Assembly (NCBI RefSeq): GCF_964355755.1
Contig: NC_092672.1
Span: forward strand, 32,556,437-32,620,436
Length of the DNA stretch: 64,000 bases
Source of the DNA: Antedon mediterranea
Lineage: Eukaryota; Animalia; Echinodermata
Reading direction: 5' to 3'
The position numbers and the translations under genes were made by a program. The notes beneath the pieces were generated by a model. The model had not been told where the DNA came from, did not search any database, and was given only the letters and a program-made list of their open reading frames with translations. How positions within the stretch are numbered: position 1 is the stretch's first letter; each line of letters begins with the position of its first letter. This document shows positions 35,486 to 49,243 of this stretch, one piece after another.

Positions 35486-38400
35486 ACCCAAGCATCACCA
35501 CGATTTTTTAAGTTATGATGACTGATAACTGATATTAACATTAAGGTAATACAGGTATTTATTATTTTAAAAAAAGGCAAACTTCTCAGTTAACAAATAA
35601 CTTTTTTTTAATCACTTGAAATTAGTAGTGCCAGTAAAAATGTTTCTTGTTAAAGAGTGTTCACAAACTGACAATATTACAAAATTGATTTTTGTATTGA
35701 GAATTATTAACCATAATAAATAACAGATTTTCTTTACAATGATATATTATTTTATATGCATGTTAAATGTTTCACTTATTCTATCAATATATTTTTCACA
35801 CCATAATGAGTTAAGAAATTTGTATAAGTAGCCGTTTTGATTGGATTACAGATTTGTAAATAAAAAGTGTTCGGCAGTAAAAACTGTTTCAACAATTATG
35901 TAATAATATTCAAAGAGCTTATATAAGTTACTACAGGTTGAACTACGCAACAGTGATGGCAACAAGGCAACAAATATGATGCGAGTACGAGTACAGACTC
36001 TATTTATATAAGCTCTTTGGTAATTCTGTAAACTAGTTTTCAACTGAGTTTTTTTTTTGGAACTAGTGCCATCTTGTCGACGAGCATAATTTTACCAGCG
36101 CAATTTTCAAACGTTTATTTTCACTATTTTTGGTTGGTATTCCATGCATACTGATAAGTGCCTACCCTAATGTTTTCAGTGGTGATGCTTGTATATAATA
36201 AACATTTTTTATGACATTGAAATGTTTTTTTAGGGTGGGAACATATGCTTGTAGAAGTGGTGGTAATGTAGGCCGTTGTATTTGGTTCTCACTGGGTGTG
36301 GCCGCAAGTGATTTGACCAATCAAAATGCTATAAATGATCAGAACTATTGCTTGTAATTGGTCAACTCACTGTGCTATGTTCAAGTAGGAACCAAGCTTA
36401 AATAATATGACATCATTTTCAGAGAAGAGAATAGAATTTATAGGCTTAGAAGGAAGTTTCTGGGAAATAAAAAAAAAACTGGAAATCATGGATATTGCTT
36501 TTAAATGTTCTACTAAAATTGTTGTTAAGACACACTCAAGCTATCAGAATATTTCTCAACAAAATGAATTGTTAAAACCTTTAAAATTTATAAGAACATT
36601 TAGCAAAGCACTAGTATTCATAGGCACACTGATTTGTTTCAATGATGCACAATTTGGTCCATAAAATATAACATTAAAATTTAGGTCATAAATAAATTAC
36701 TTGTATATATAAAAATGTTTGACACTTTCTAAAAATAGAAATACTGGAATATAAGAATAATTGGCACTTTTTTTTTACAAGCAATTTCGAAGTTCCGACA
36801 CCATTTTATTTCTTGTTGAATGCTGTCTTGGTCCTGCTAAAGTTGATTTATATTGTTTAAAAATTATATATGCAGATTTTAGTCATGGCTAGGGGATATT
36901 TAGGAGGGTTAAATTTGTTTATTCCGCTCTCCTAATTTGTAGGTAATCAGATAGTTAAATGCCATTCTCCATTCAGTATATTACCAAAGATTTTTAACAG
37001 GAGGATGTTGATTGGTTGGAAATGTGTTTTATGTATTAATAGAACTTGTATGGACCAATCACAAACTTGCGTATTAAACAGCCCCTTTTTTCCCACCGTC
37101 TTGATCATAATAACCTAGTGTATACTTTCCCTTTATTTAGTTCAGTAACTTAAATATAAATAAAAAAATTCCTTAACAAATCTCTTTCAATATAGGAATT
37201 GCATGAGATTGATAAATTTGCATACTTTGGTTGAATTCTTGTAAAATAAATAAAAGTAATCTTGCAATCAGTCGTTTGTTTTATTTTAAGCTCTGTCTAC
37301 ACTATCAAACTTTATGTGAACAAAATGTGATGTGCCAATATATGGACATGATGATGACATATCACTACCATATTTGGGCACATCACATTTTTTTTGTCAA
37401 ACTAGTTTGATAGTGAAGACAGCTTTAGGATAATTATGTTTCTCGACATTCCAGAATTATGATTATTGCGTAAAATGAATGGCCTTGTGTCCACTTACAA
37501 GAGGTGGTACTAACATACCAAAAGTACAGGTTATATATGGCCAAACTTTTCTCCTTTATATCCGATAATTTGCATCAATGCAGATGGCCCCTTAACTTTC
37601 CAGGCAGTGATTTATTATATTATATAGTTCAGTAACATGATTGTGTGATTTGTTGATATTCTGAATAAAAAGTAGGTGGTTGCAAAAAAAATGAATACAC
37701 CAATTGGATCTGTTATCACAGGTTGTGAACTAGTCTAGGTTCTAGGCGGCGATTTGACTTCATAAACTCTCCCAATACTGGTACTCTCCTGGAGAGTGGA
37801 AACTGGAAATTCTCCTAAAACCAGCCTTTCTTGAGGTCCTAAATTCTTCTTTACCATAGAAGCACATTCTGAATACCAGACATATTATTAGACCATCCCA
37901 AAGGTGTCTGGTATTGGGAGAGTTGACTGTATTGGTTAAAAAAATTATTTTTGCACACAATGTGTTTCATACGTAAAATATTGAGCTGGTGGACAACAAC
38001 ATAGAAAAAGACAATAAATTTAGTATTTATTATATTTTCTTAGATTTTGTATCTGAATGGTTAACATCTGACAGATTACTTGAATGTAAAAAAGTTACAT
38101 ATTAAATAATAGGCATTTTAGTACTGTATAAAAATGAAATACACCTATTTCTATTAAAAAAACCATGTCATCAGATAAAAATTACCAAGCCAAAAATTTA
38201 CAATATATACATTATTTTAATGAATCCAACTTTTGAGAATCTTTCACCACTAATAAATAGCCAAAACACTCTCGCATGACTTTTGTTTGGAAGCCTCTCA
38301 AATAATAAAAATGTCACCTTTTATGTTTAGATACTGACAATAAAATCTTTTGCTTTAATGTTATTTTTATAACATATACTTTTTGTATTGCTTTTATACA

Positions 38401-38964
38401 ACAAATAAAAGAGCTAAAATTAATTAAATAATTTTTATTTTTAAAATAAAGTAGCATAATTAAGTAGAAAATATTCTTTTTTTCAATAATTACAGATTTT
38501 ATAAGGGTTGTCCCTTAATCCTTGGTTGCATTCGGCATGCTATATCTCCCAAACATCAAAATCACTAATGCATAAAGCAAGATTTGAACCAGTGACATAT
38601 CACATCAAAGACAAATTATTACACTGCTTATTAAAACTCTGTCTACACTATCAAATGTGTAATGTGCCCAAATATGGTAGTGATATGACCAAATAATTTA
38701 TGATAGTGATACGACATCATCATGTCCATATAAGGGCACATCACATTTTTTGTCACATAAAGTTTGATAGTGTAGACAAGGCTGAACAGGGGCAGATCCA
38801 GGTGTAGTGTTTAGGTCATGACGCAGACTATGAATAATATTATATTAGCCACTCAGTAAACAATTGCTCCAAACAGCTGTTGGATACAAGTTCTTTTACA
38901 AAATGCGAGAGCCCTTGATTCATGAATAATTCATGAGGCAAATACAAACCCGGATTATACCATT

Positions 38965-41900
38965 CTATAGAGTAGGTAGTGCAGTATCCTCATCAATAAG
39001 CCTTCGTTTTCGTATGCATTCCCAAATCCACTTTTCAGAAACGCATTTAAGAGAAGAATCATTCTATAAAAAAAAAAATTATATTTAATTTTTTGTCTTA
39101 TAAAGGCCAACTCAGACATATGTTTAGGCCCGACGAACGTATTTACCTCATTGGTGTTGTCTGTTGAATCCTGACGAGATGTGTCGGGCGTAGTTTTTAC
39201 ATTGTTGCTTTCATGTTTAATTTTCTCCCGCCGAGACGACTCGTTGGGCCTCGTCGTACAACGCTGTAAGAGTTTGCCTTTAGTCGCAGGTTTTTAAATA
39301 AACAACAATAACTTACCTGTTTAGAGTCCTCAGTAACGTGATGGGTTGCATTGGATTTTGTGTATTCGTCTACAACATCACCGTTGTACGCGACAATGTA
39401 ACGTCGTAATAACTTGATATTTGGATGTGATGCATCAATATATACACTCACGCCGGTAAACACATCCAGTAGGCCCTAAAAATGTGAAAAGATGATTTTA
39501 AAGTACAAACATTTTGGAAAAAATCTTGTACTTTTAATATTAGATACAGGAGTCTTAAAACATCGTCTGTTTTTGTGCAAATTATGGTTTTCTTCAGTCA
39601 TCTAAACTTCATCAGTATTAACAATAACAATTTTTCAATTAACCTTAAGAATTGGTGAACCATGACCATTTGAACTTGAGTGACTGAACTTTGACCTATG
39701 ACCTGGATTTGTTTGGTAACAGGTTTCACCATATTGACACATTTGTTTCCCCTGAAATTTAAATTACTTTAATGGTTTTCTTAAAATAGAAACAGTTGTC
39801 TAAAAATAAATGCAAGTAAAACACAGGAAATGAATTTATACCTTTTTCGGACTTGGAGCATCGCTTGGAGTCCCACTCATATGACGTTTGTTTTGAGTTT
39901 TTTTTGAAGTTTTATTCTCTTCTTTGCTCAGAGTATCCTTTTTTGGAGTCAATTTCTCCGCTTTAATTGGAGTATTTTTCTTTGATGTGGCTTCCTCTTC
40001 TTTAACTGGAGTACCTTTTTTTGGAGTGGCGCTTTCCACTTTGACTGGAGTACCTTTTTTTGCAGTGCCGCTTTCCACTTTGACTGGAGTACCCTTCTTT
40101 GGCGTTTTCTCTTGGGCTGTTGGTTTTGAAACAGGAGTGGATCGTCCAGAGCTACCGGCACTCTCATCATCTTTACCACGCTTCATCCTTGATTTTAATC
40201 GTCCTCCTTCATCTTTCTTTGTTTTCATTAGCGTTGGGATGTCCGATGTGTCTTTGGATGTTTTGTACAATTCCTGTTTATAAAAAAAGTTTACCTTCTG
40301 TTTAACTTACAAAAAAACATAACATTTTTAATATGGTGAGTTATAAATATACATTCTAGTAGTAGTACTTGTCCAACCCAACTTTAACTTCTATTAATTT
40401 ATAAAAAAAACATATCTAATGTGGTAAAGATTAAAGAAATTCTAACAGAAAAATGTGTTGTGGATAGGATTCCAACCCACTAACTCTAGGCAAACAGTCT
40501 ACCAGTCACTCTAGATAACCAATAATAATTTAGTATAACAAATTATGGATTAATTTGTTGAAATGATAACTAGTTGAAAAGTTTACTCACCCGTAATTGA
40601 TTGAGACTAGTTGCCGATTTCCAGTCTTTATCATCTCTCATCCTGGTGACCCGAGGAAAACGAATGGATATTCCACCTCCAGTATGAGTTTCCGACTGAG
40701 AGAACTCGGCTCCAATTATTTCCCAAACAGGCGATGCCTATTCCAAAGCAAAAAATAAGTTTTATACCCCTTTCGCAATATTTTTAAAATTCAGCACTTG
40801 CTTCCAGGTTTTCCCCTTTCAATCGGAGGCTGTTGTCTAAGTAAATGTCGTTTTCACGAGTTGAACTAAGGTTTTCAATAGCAAAATTTGTAAAAATTCA
40901 ATCACTGTGAAAATAACGGAATATACAGTACATCACCCACATATACATGTAAATGGAAGATGCATATATTAAATCTTTAAGGTAATATGCACCCTTGACA
41001 AAAATAAATAATATTTACAATAAATAAAAACAGTTAATAAAAAAAAACATTATATATAATTAAGTTTGAAATAACCAAAAAAAAAGAAAAAAGAAATAAC
41101 CGAAATACCTTCGGATCTTTGACCACAAAATCTGGAACAAGATTCTTGTGAACCCGTAACCACTTAGGAACTCGCGACATATCTTTACTAATCTTGACCA
41201 TTGGTAACTCTTTGTTCAGTTTCTCTAACATTTTGTCGTCGATTCCTCCACATTTGGTGACGGTCAAGAATCGGTCAGCATGCTGGTCATACACTCCAAG
41301 TAGAAATACAGACATTATTCCACCTACAACAAAAAAAAAACAAAAAACCAACTTTTTATTTAAATTACAAACATTATTTTTTTGGTTTTTTTCTTTGTTT
41401 TATGACGCAATTGGAAATTCTAACTTTTCTTGGCCTGATTGTTTGGTGCTATTGTTTTTCTATGTTTTAACTGTTTTTAAACTTAATTAACAAATAAAGA
41501 AATTCAAATATTTAACATAAAAACGTGTGTACACAGGGATTACCTAGATTTAGAGTGATCAATATGATTCTAAAGTAAATGGTCAATTATTTTATAAGGG
41601 GAACGGATACGTGACACTAGTGACTATAAACAGATTTTAATTTATGTAAATATTTTATACAATATCAATTATTATTTCTACTGCATGACTTCAACTTTAA
41701 CCTTCTTACCTTTATTTCCTGTTCCATAGTAACCACCGAGAAGTATAAGATCAGCCGAGTCTGCCATAGCGCCCTCGTTCAAATAGTCTTTTTTAACTTT
41801 CAACCAATGACGCATCCCTGGCTCATATTTACTCTAAAGTGTAAGAGTGAATATATAGAGATAGTAATGTAGTTAATTAGTTTTTTTAATTTATAAAAAC

Positions 41901-44900
41901 CTAAACTACAAGTAATAGTATACAAACAAATAATGAATGTTTATGAGTGCAATGGTACAAATAATGGCATGAGGTGAATGATGAAAGTAATTTCTAAAGT
42001 AATGGTATTAAAAAAACATTTAGAATACATGACAAATTTTTTTTTCGTACGCAAATAAAAAAAAAGAAAAGTACTATTTAACAATCATTAAATAGTGGGT
42101 ACTATTCCACGCCATGTGACCCACAATCGTCCAATTAAATCATATCAAAACTAACCTGAGAATCTTTTAACACAAGGCCTTCTAATCCCTCCTGAAATAC
42201 TTCTGTTAACAGCCCAGCCAGTTGTTCATGTTTCTGATAAGAGAAAGACAAAATAGTAAGATTTGTAAATACAGTCAACTCTCCCAATACCACACTTTCC
42301 CAAATTTCTTTTTACCCTTAAAAAACACATCCGAATATCAGACATTCTGGGAAACCAGACATATTTGGTCAGTCCTAAGGTGTCTGGTATTGGAATATAA
42401 TAAACTTTGTATAAAAATAAATAAAACAAAAACACTCAGTGCACTGGTTATATAAAAGTAAAAGAATAGAAAATGTGTATTTACAGTTAGCTCATGCATC
42501 TCTGAGAACATTATTCGGCCTGGAATTGGTGTAATGTTTCTCTTTAGAAACTTTCTTCTTTCTTGTAAAGGTCTAAAAAAAAAAAAAAAAAATGAATTAA
42601 ACTACATACTAATACAGTGGAATCCCTATTACAGGGACACCATTGGGAGGTGTCACCTGAATAGGAACTGGTTGTGGTGTTAAAACATTATATTTTCCTT
42701 ACTTCTTTCACAGGAAAGTGTTGCTTTAACATGATGGGTGGGGTATTGCTAAACACCGCAAACCCCCGCAAACCTAAAAAAAAACATAGCAAACCCCACC
42801 GAACCAACATAAAAGTGATTGAATCATGTAGTGTACAACCCACTGAGTATATCCATGTAAAAAAATATTACATTTCTACTGTTAACTACTTATTTTTGGG
42901 GTAAAACATCAATTTTTGGTCAAAAATGATTGCTTATTTTTAACCAAAAAATGATGTTTTATCCCCAAAAAAGTAGTTATCAGTAGAAATTTAATAATTT
43001 ATATACCCAGTGGCTCGTACACTACATTATTCAATCACTTTTATGTTAGTTCGGTGGGGTTTGCTATGGTTTTTTGGAGGTTTGCGGGGTTTAGCAATAC
43101 CCTGATGGGTGTCCTCTTAATGGCGGTTTCCTAAAAGAAGCGTTCTATTGTATTGTATTACATATTTTGACTGTCATACTTTGCACTTACTTTTCCATGA
43201 GACTTTGACCATTGAAGTAAAGGCAGTCAAAGATAAATAAACAAACAGTGGCATCTTTGAAGGCACTTTTCTTGTGAACTCCAAGAGTCCCAAAAGGAAG
43301 AATGTGGTTGTTGTTATCAACTAGAAGAATCTAGAAATTAATAAATTTGATCAAGAAATTTTACTGATGAGATATTGTTCATACAGTATCTAATTTTACA
43401 GTAGTTAATATTTATTGTCCCCCTAAAAAAAAATTTTTTTTTAAATTTTTTGTGTAATATGCCATTTTAATGTCACTTAATAGTTACTCACTTTGACCAA
43501 AAACTGGTTTGAAAAAAAGATTTACCTGATTAAAAATGTAATGCAAAAAATACTTACATTGTTTTGGTTAAAATTTACCATTTTGTTTGTCTTTTTATAA
43601 GTGAAATAATTTTTTTTTTATAGAAGTGAATAATTTTATTAAAACTGCAAAATGGCCTATTTAGAGTCTGGTTTTGTTAATCTTCATTTTTCATGTTTTT
43701 TTACATCATGTTTCTGTACTGTAGCTGATCAATGAACAATGTTCATATTGGCAATTCTCACCATATGACATAAAACACAATTTAAGTGCAACAGTAGGGG
43801 ACACTTTCAGGACCTAACATAAGTGTCCCCTTAATAGGGGTTGGATATAGTGTTAACAAATATTTTGTTCCTCAAGAAAGTGTCCCCTGAATAGGTGTTC
43901 TCTGAATAGAGGTTTCCCCTGATAAGAGGTATTTCCTGAATAGGGGTATCCCATGAATAGGGGTAGAACGCAAGTGTTAAAATATGTATTGTTCTTCATT
44001 TATTTCACAAGTGTCCCCTGAATAGGGGTGTCCCAATGGATAGGTTCTACTGTAGTAGATGAAGGAAAATCATCAAAATGACTAGCATACCTCACTGTCC
44101 ACAATGATGCTGTCACCGTGTGGACACGCTTGCGGAAGGTAATCTTTGATGTGGGCAACCTTATGAGGGAGCACTTGCTTAAGACTTCGACTGAAGTATT
44201 GAAATGTGTCACCACTCTTGTGTACTTGGACACGTTCTCCGTCGTACTTAATCTCAGCATAGATTCCATTTGGGCACTTCTTGAATGCTTGTTCGACAGA
44301 TCGGCACGCTTCTGCCTGCCAATGAAACAGTAATATTGTTTATTTGAATTTCTGAAGATTCTACATCTTTAAAAGAGTGGGGATTTGGGATGGTGATGTT
44401 TGGCTAATAATTCCATGGTCTTGGGTTCAAATTCTGTAAGATGCCAGGAGTTCTAATTATGACAGAGGACTCCTTCTAAAACAAGCATTCCAGATTAAAA
44501 AGGTTTATTCTCTGCTATGTCAGTTTTTTTTGTGGTTTTGAGATTTTTTTTAGTTTCATCTGTTTTGTTCTATAACAATAAATAACAAACTTGACTCACA
44601 AAGATTAGGTATCATGTCAAAATTACTCTACTGCAATTCAATTACTGCAGTACTACAACATGTTTACTCTTTAAAAACTGTTTATACAATTATTAATATC
44701 AAGCTTTGTTTTGGATGCATACCACTGTTTAATTGAAAACTAGACAAGAAACTAAAATCATATATTACACCACTATAGTGAAGAAATGTAGTTACTGCAG
44801 TAGACTACTATTGACATGACCCCATTTATAAGACTGTTTATGTAGAGCATCTTGTGTCTGTTTGTGAACAGGATTGCCACCTTTAAGAAGGATACTGAAT

Positions 44901-47900
44901 GAATTCATTTTGGTTATGCTTGGCAATTTGCCTAATAGAGAAATAAAGCTTTTATTAGCTAATAGTTTTTTTTAATGTAGCCAGGCCTGTTGTAGTTTCA
45001 ATACAAAAGGAATAGGAACATACCAACATGGGTAAGACAGGAGTCATAAGACTAGCCTCTACGCTAAGTTTCTTGGTCATACCAGGTACTCCATTAGAGG
45101 CTAACTTGTTCCTTTGAACTCTTTCTACAAGGTCCTTTAGATTACGTGATGCTTTGAATGCTTCATGGGCATTTGGGGCGAGGCCTTCAAGACTAGAGGA
45201 AGAACAATATATTATTTGTTATCTTGATTAATAAAAAAGTCTTCATTCAATCAAATACAAAGGAATTGTTGCTTTTTTAAGCTCTGTTTACACTATCAAA
45301 ATAGTTTGACAAAAAAATGTGATGTGCCGAAATATGGTAGTGATATGCCCAAATATGGCAGTGATATGACATCACGTGATATGAAAGCAGCATTAAGCAA
45401 TCGCGTGCAAACAAGGATACTCAAATAAATACGGCTATTCAATGGAGCGCCCTTCTACTTACATGTGTTTAGCTCCTGCATTAATACGCACATCATGCAT
45501 GATCAATCGTATATACATCTTGAGATCGTTTGCAGTACAGCAATTTGTAATCCTAGTCAGCTCCCGCTGTTGATCTAACTCTCGCGTTAAGTTCGCCATT
45601 TTGTTGAGGGCTTCGTCTACACCTTGTAATGTAAGAATGCTTTTGTTTGATGGCGTAACGCAAGGACTTTGAACGAAGAATTTACGTACGGTCTCGGAGG
45701 GATCCCCTTGGTCAAGATCTTCAACCATTTCTTCAAGATTTGTTCCAAGAATCTAAAATTGTCATAAAATCACAATTATACATACAGCGAGTCAAATGGC
45801 CGAGCGGTTAAGACAGGGGCGCCGTTTACCGTACCTAAAGAGCCAACAACATCGGCAAGGGTTCGAGGCCGACTCGCTCCTAGTTCTGGTGGTGGAACAA
45901 GTCTTTTTGGATAAGGACTATAAACCGTAGGTCCAGTGTACACAGTTATAACCTGTGTGCACTTTAAAGAACCCAGTTCATCATTCGAAAAGAGTAGGGG
46001 GTTACCCTGGTGAACTGGTTCACAAAATAGCCCCTGTATCAGGGGGATTACCACCTATCTGATAGGACAGTGATTAATTCACTATTGGTAATCCTTGGCC
46101 ACATTGCCTAAAGACATAAAATAAAAAAAAATAAATATTTCTTTTCAAGCAGGCTTTATTTCTTTGAAAATTGCAACAATTAAATGTAAAGATATATTGT
46201 CCTCATGAAAAAATATTTGTAATGTTTTTGTTGAATATGCGATTTTAATGTCACATAATAGTTATTCACTTTGACCAAAAATAGGATAACAAAAAATTCT
46301 TTACCTGAAAAAACTTTAATTTAAAGCAAAAAAGGCAAATGGACTGGAAGTCAATGTGTTTTTGGTTGAATTTAACTGTTTACTTTGTGCATTTAAAAAG
46401 TTTTTTATTCTATGGAAATGATTAATTTTATTATAAATGTGAAATGGCCTATTTAAAGTCATTTTTTTATTAATCTTAATTTTTAATGTTTTTGAAGGAC
46501 AATACCTGTACATCTTTAACAGAAGGAAACTCCAAAATGATAGCAACATTTGAGAAGGAAACTTTTAATAAATGCATACGGCAGCAATAAGGTGATATTA
46601 TGTAGCATTTTGCTATGCTACACTGGTAAAAATATTCCCTGCAATAATGCTGTATTAACTAATTGGTCAACTGGAAAAATGTAAAAATCTGCATGGGTGA
46701 ATTTTTAAAATAGTATACAGTATACATAACAGTATCTACAGTAAAAATATTTACTTTACCTGACTAAATAATTTAGCTATTTGTTTACTGTTGATATGGT
46801 AAACTTGCTTGACCACGCCCGGTAACAATAGCTTTAAGAGAAGGTATGTGTTGCCTTGGAAACCATCTGTAAACAAGTTTAGTAAACAACATTCTTTACT
46901 TTACAAAATAACATTGAGCAATGTTGAAATAACCACACTTATTTTTTGACAGTAGTGAATCAAAACAGGGCATCATATTTTTGTTTAAACGATTTTTCGT
47001 AATGTTATAACAATAGAAATTATAAAGAATAGAAATTTTAAACCTGTAGCTACACTTTAAAAACACAATCCTACAGTAAAAACACAATATATGAAGAGGC
47101 AACAAAAAATGGGACCAACTACTTACTCCCAGTTGACCCATTCTTCAAATAGTCTGACACAAGTTTGGTCTTTCCAAGATAACTTGACTCGTCTGCGATT
47201 TTGGCACACAGCTTACGGAATTCTCGGAACGAGTTGTCAGGGTGATCTTTACCCCCTGACCCATAATTTGATTCGGAACTGGAATTTGAAGATGAAGGTG
47301 GTGCGCCTGAAGATGAAGCCAGTGCACTGGATGAAGACGGACCTCTGCTACTACTACCTAAAAAGTAAAAACAAACCTTTGCAGAATATCATCATATCTT
47401 ATTGTTTTTAAATAACTTTATCTAGATTATACTGGCCCACTTGAGACACACTGACCCACGACAGGAATAAATGGCACAAAATAGCAGAACACGCCGTGTT
47501 TAATGACGATGAAGCATATTTATATATCTAGATCCAAGTTCAAGGCTAATTTTTTTCTGGTATTTTCATCCAACAAAACAGATCTATTAATTATAATAAT
47601 AAATAAAATAATATACATATATTCTAGGTTTCAATTTTAAGCTTTATTATAAACAAAACATACCTGTACTCGAGGCAGCTGCTTTTTTTGTTGGTGATAC
47701 TACCTTCATGTCAGAGGTCAACTTAGCCTGGACGACCTTCTTCTTACCTGGTGACTTAGCACTAAGTTTGATACATAATTCTGTGTGGAAAAAGAAACTG
47801 CAATATATCAACAACAAAACATTACAGCATAGTGGACTGGAATAACATTGTGAAACTAAATCCATTCTAAGCCTGTAGTCAGGGGGGTTTGTAGGATTCG

Positions 47901-48724
47901 AAAACTCCTCTTTTTCCTGAAATGCCCTTTTCAAACAAGGATCATCAGCGAAAGTTAGGCCTAACTTATTCAACTTTTGTACAATCCTATACTGTACCTA
48001 ACCAGCAGACGAATCACTTTCATCACCATATATTTATGGAAATACGCTAGAGCATTTATTACTATTATCTACTAGGCAGTACTGTAGGCCTAAATTTAAT
48101 TGTTGTTCAGTTGCTTATGCTAGTACTTGTCCCCTTGTGAGGAAAAAAGAATCCCCTGTAAACATCCTGGCTACGGGCTTGCATCCCCTTAGACTAACCT
48201 TCAATATGTTTCTTGATAATGTCTTTCTCTTGATCTTCCATATCAGAATATCCCTCCAAATCTGTCGTGCATTCGATCTTTTTCGTGTTTGCACGCGCCT
48301 TCAGAAACGACTCGAAAATACAGTTTATATGATGGTACTGTTTCATGTCAGAACCATCGTCACTGAAAGGATTCGGGACAAGTTTTGCTATTCGTGGACT
48401 CTTCTTTTCAATCCCCTGCTTGCAACGTTTGCACTTTGATGTCCCAAGTCTTGCGTAATCAACAGAGTATCGTGTATTTGCCATTTTGAGTTTAAAATGA
48501 ATACTTGAATAATCAAATTGTTTGCTTTTCGAAAATGTTAATTGAGTAAGTAAGCTTTGTGGAATAAATTTTACGTTATTAAAATTATCATTATCATTTG
48601 TTATGAAATGATCTTTGTGAAAATTTGTTAATCTGCATTCCCAAACATTGGGAAGAAAGATTCTTATATTGTCAAATGTTTTGGCAGTTGATATTTTCTT
48701 TATGGCTCTTGTGGTCAATAGCAT
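38965..48724 (-). CDS. LIG3: DNA ligase III (putative mitochondrial leader, PARP-type ZnF, DBD, adenylation, OB, PBZ, BRCT); 17 coding exons, ~1084 aa (1004 aa from the second ATG)
   Basis: Exons: 48724-48199 (ZnF CKRC..HINC), 47780-47664, 47357-47127 (DNSFREFRKLC), 46866-46760, 45752-45463, 45192-45024 (LMTPVLPML), 44315-44091 (active site EIKYDGERVQVHK), 43330-43191 (FIFDCLYFNG), 42572-42485, 42233-42156 (EGLEGLVLKD), 41833-41710 (YEPGMRHWLKVKKDYL), 41323-41109, 40737-40591 (SIRFPRVTRMRDDK), 40273-39842, 39751-39644 (PBZ), 39475-39317 and 39063-38965 (BRCT, WIWECIRKRRL). All GT-AG; 3255 nt in frame. Confidence 0.96.
39644..39751 (-). CDS. LIG3: LIG3 exon encoding a PBZ (poly(ADP-ribose)-binding zinc finger) motif
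   Basis: aaatttcag|GGG AAA CAA ATG TGT...CTT AAG|gttaat translates to GKQMCQYGETCYQTNPGHRSKFSHSSSNGHGSPILK, matching the PBZ consensus CxYGxxCYxxNPxHxxxFxH. Confidence 0.85.
42741..43102. mobile_element. Fold-back MITE with 9-bp TSD (Mutator-like), inserted in a Tc1/mariner-like MITE in a LIG3 intron
   Basis: The whole 362 bp is an imperfect palindrome (gggtattgctaaac...gtttagcaataccc) flanked by the perfect direct repeat tgatgggtg (42732-42740, 43103-43111). Confidence 0.85.
45789..46130 (+). mobile_element. tRNA-derived SINE with Deu/Nin-like central domain
   Basis: A box tggccgagcgg, B box ggttcgaggcc, core ggataaggactataaaccgtaggtcc...taaagaaccc...tcgaaaagagtagggg, A-rich tail. A partial copy lies at ~56840-57020 (-). 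Confidence 0.8.
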
Positions 48725-49243
48725 TTGTTATGAATGTACTGCAAAATGAGATGTAGTTTTACATACTTCAGTGATTCCATCAGATGTTTTTGCCTGAAAA
48801 AAAAAAGTTGTCTTGATTGCATTAATTTAAAAAGCTAATTTAGACTTTTAGAGCTTTATTTATTGAAATATTTGACAATAACATACAAATAATTATTGCA
48901 ATATAAAAACAAAACTTGGGGACATGATGGTAATGTCGTTTGGACGAAATGACTCGGTAAGACGTTAGGCATAAACGTACAAGGCAACCTCTGGGCCGAA
49001 ACGTCCCGGGGCGAATCATCCCTCCTCTTGCCTGAATCTTCCCTGTGATTCACTACTCTACTCTAGCTATCCTATTATGGGTAGGCCTAGGCTAGGCCTA
49101 CTCTAGAGGCCAGCTAGACCTAGTATAATAAGTACAGTAAGCTTAAATTAAAAGCCTGGTCCTCTTCATTTAATGAAGCAGATAAACCTTAAAGTTCAGA
49201 TAACTATGAGCAAAACATTATTAACCTTATTATCTATACTTAC

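Noticed and set aside
39924-40305. + strand ORFs opposite LIG3, and similar ones at 44118, 47091, 48137, 59517
   Set aside because: Antisense shadows of real coding exons.
45789-45880. tRNA-like sequence with A and B boxes
   Set aside because: It is the head of a SINE (over-long box spacing, continues into the SINE core, dispersed copies); not called a tRNA gene.
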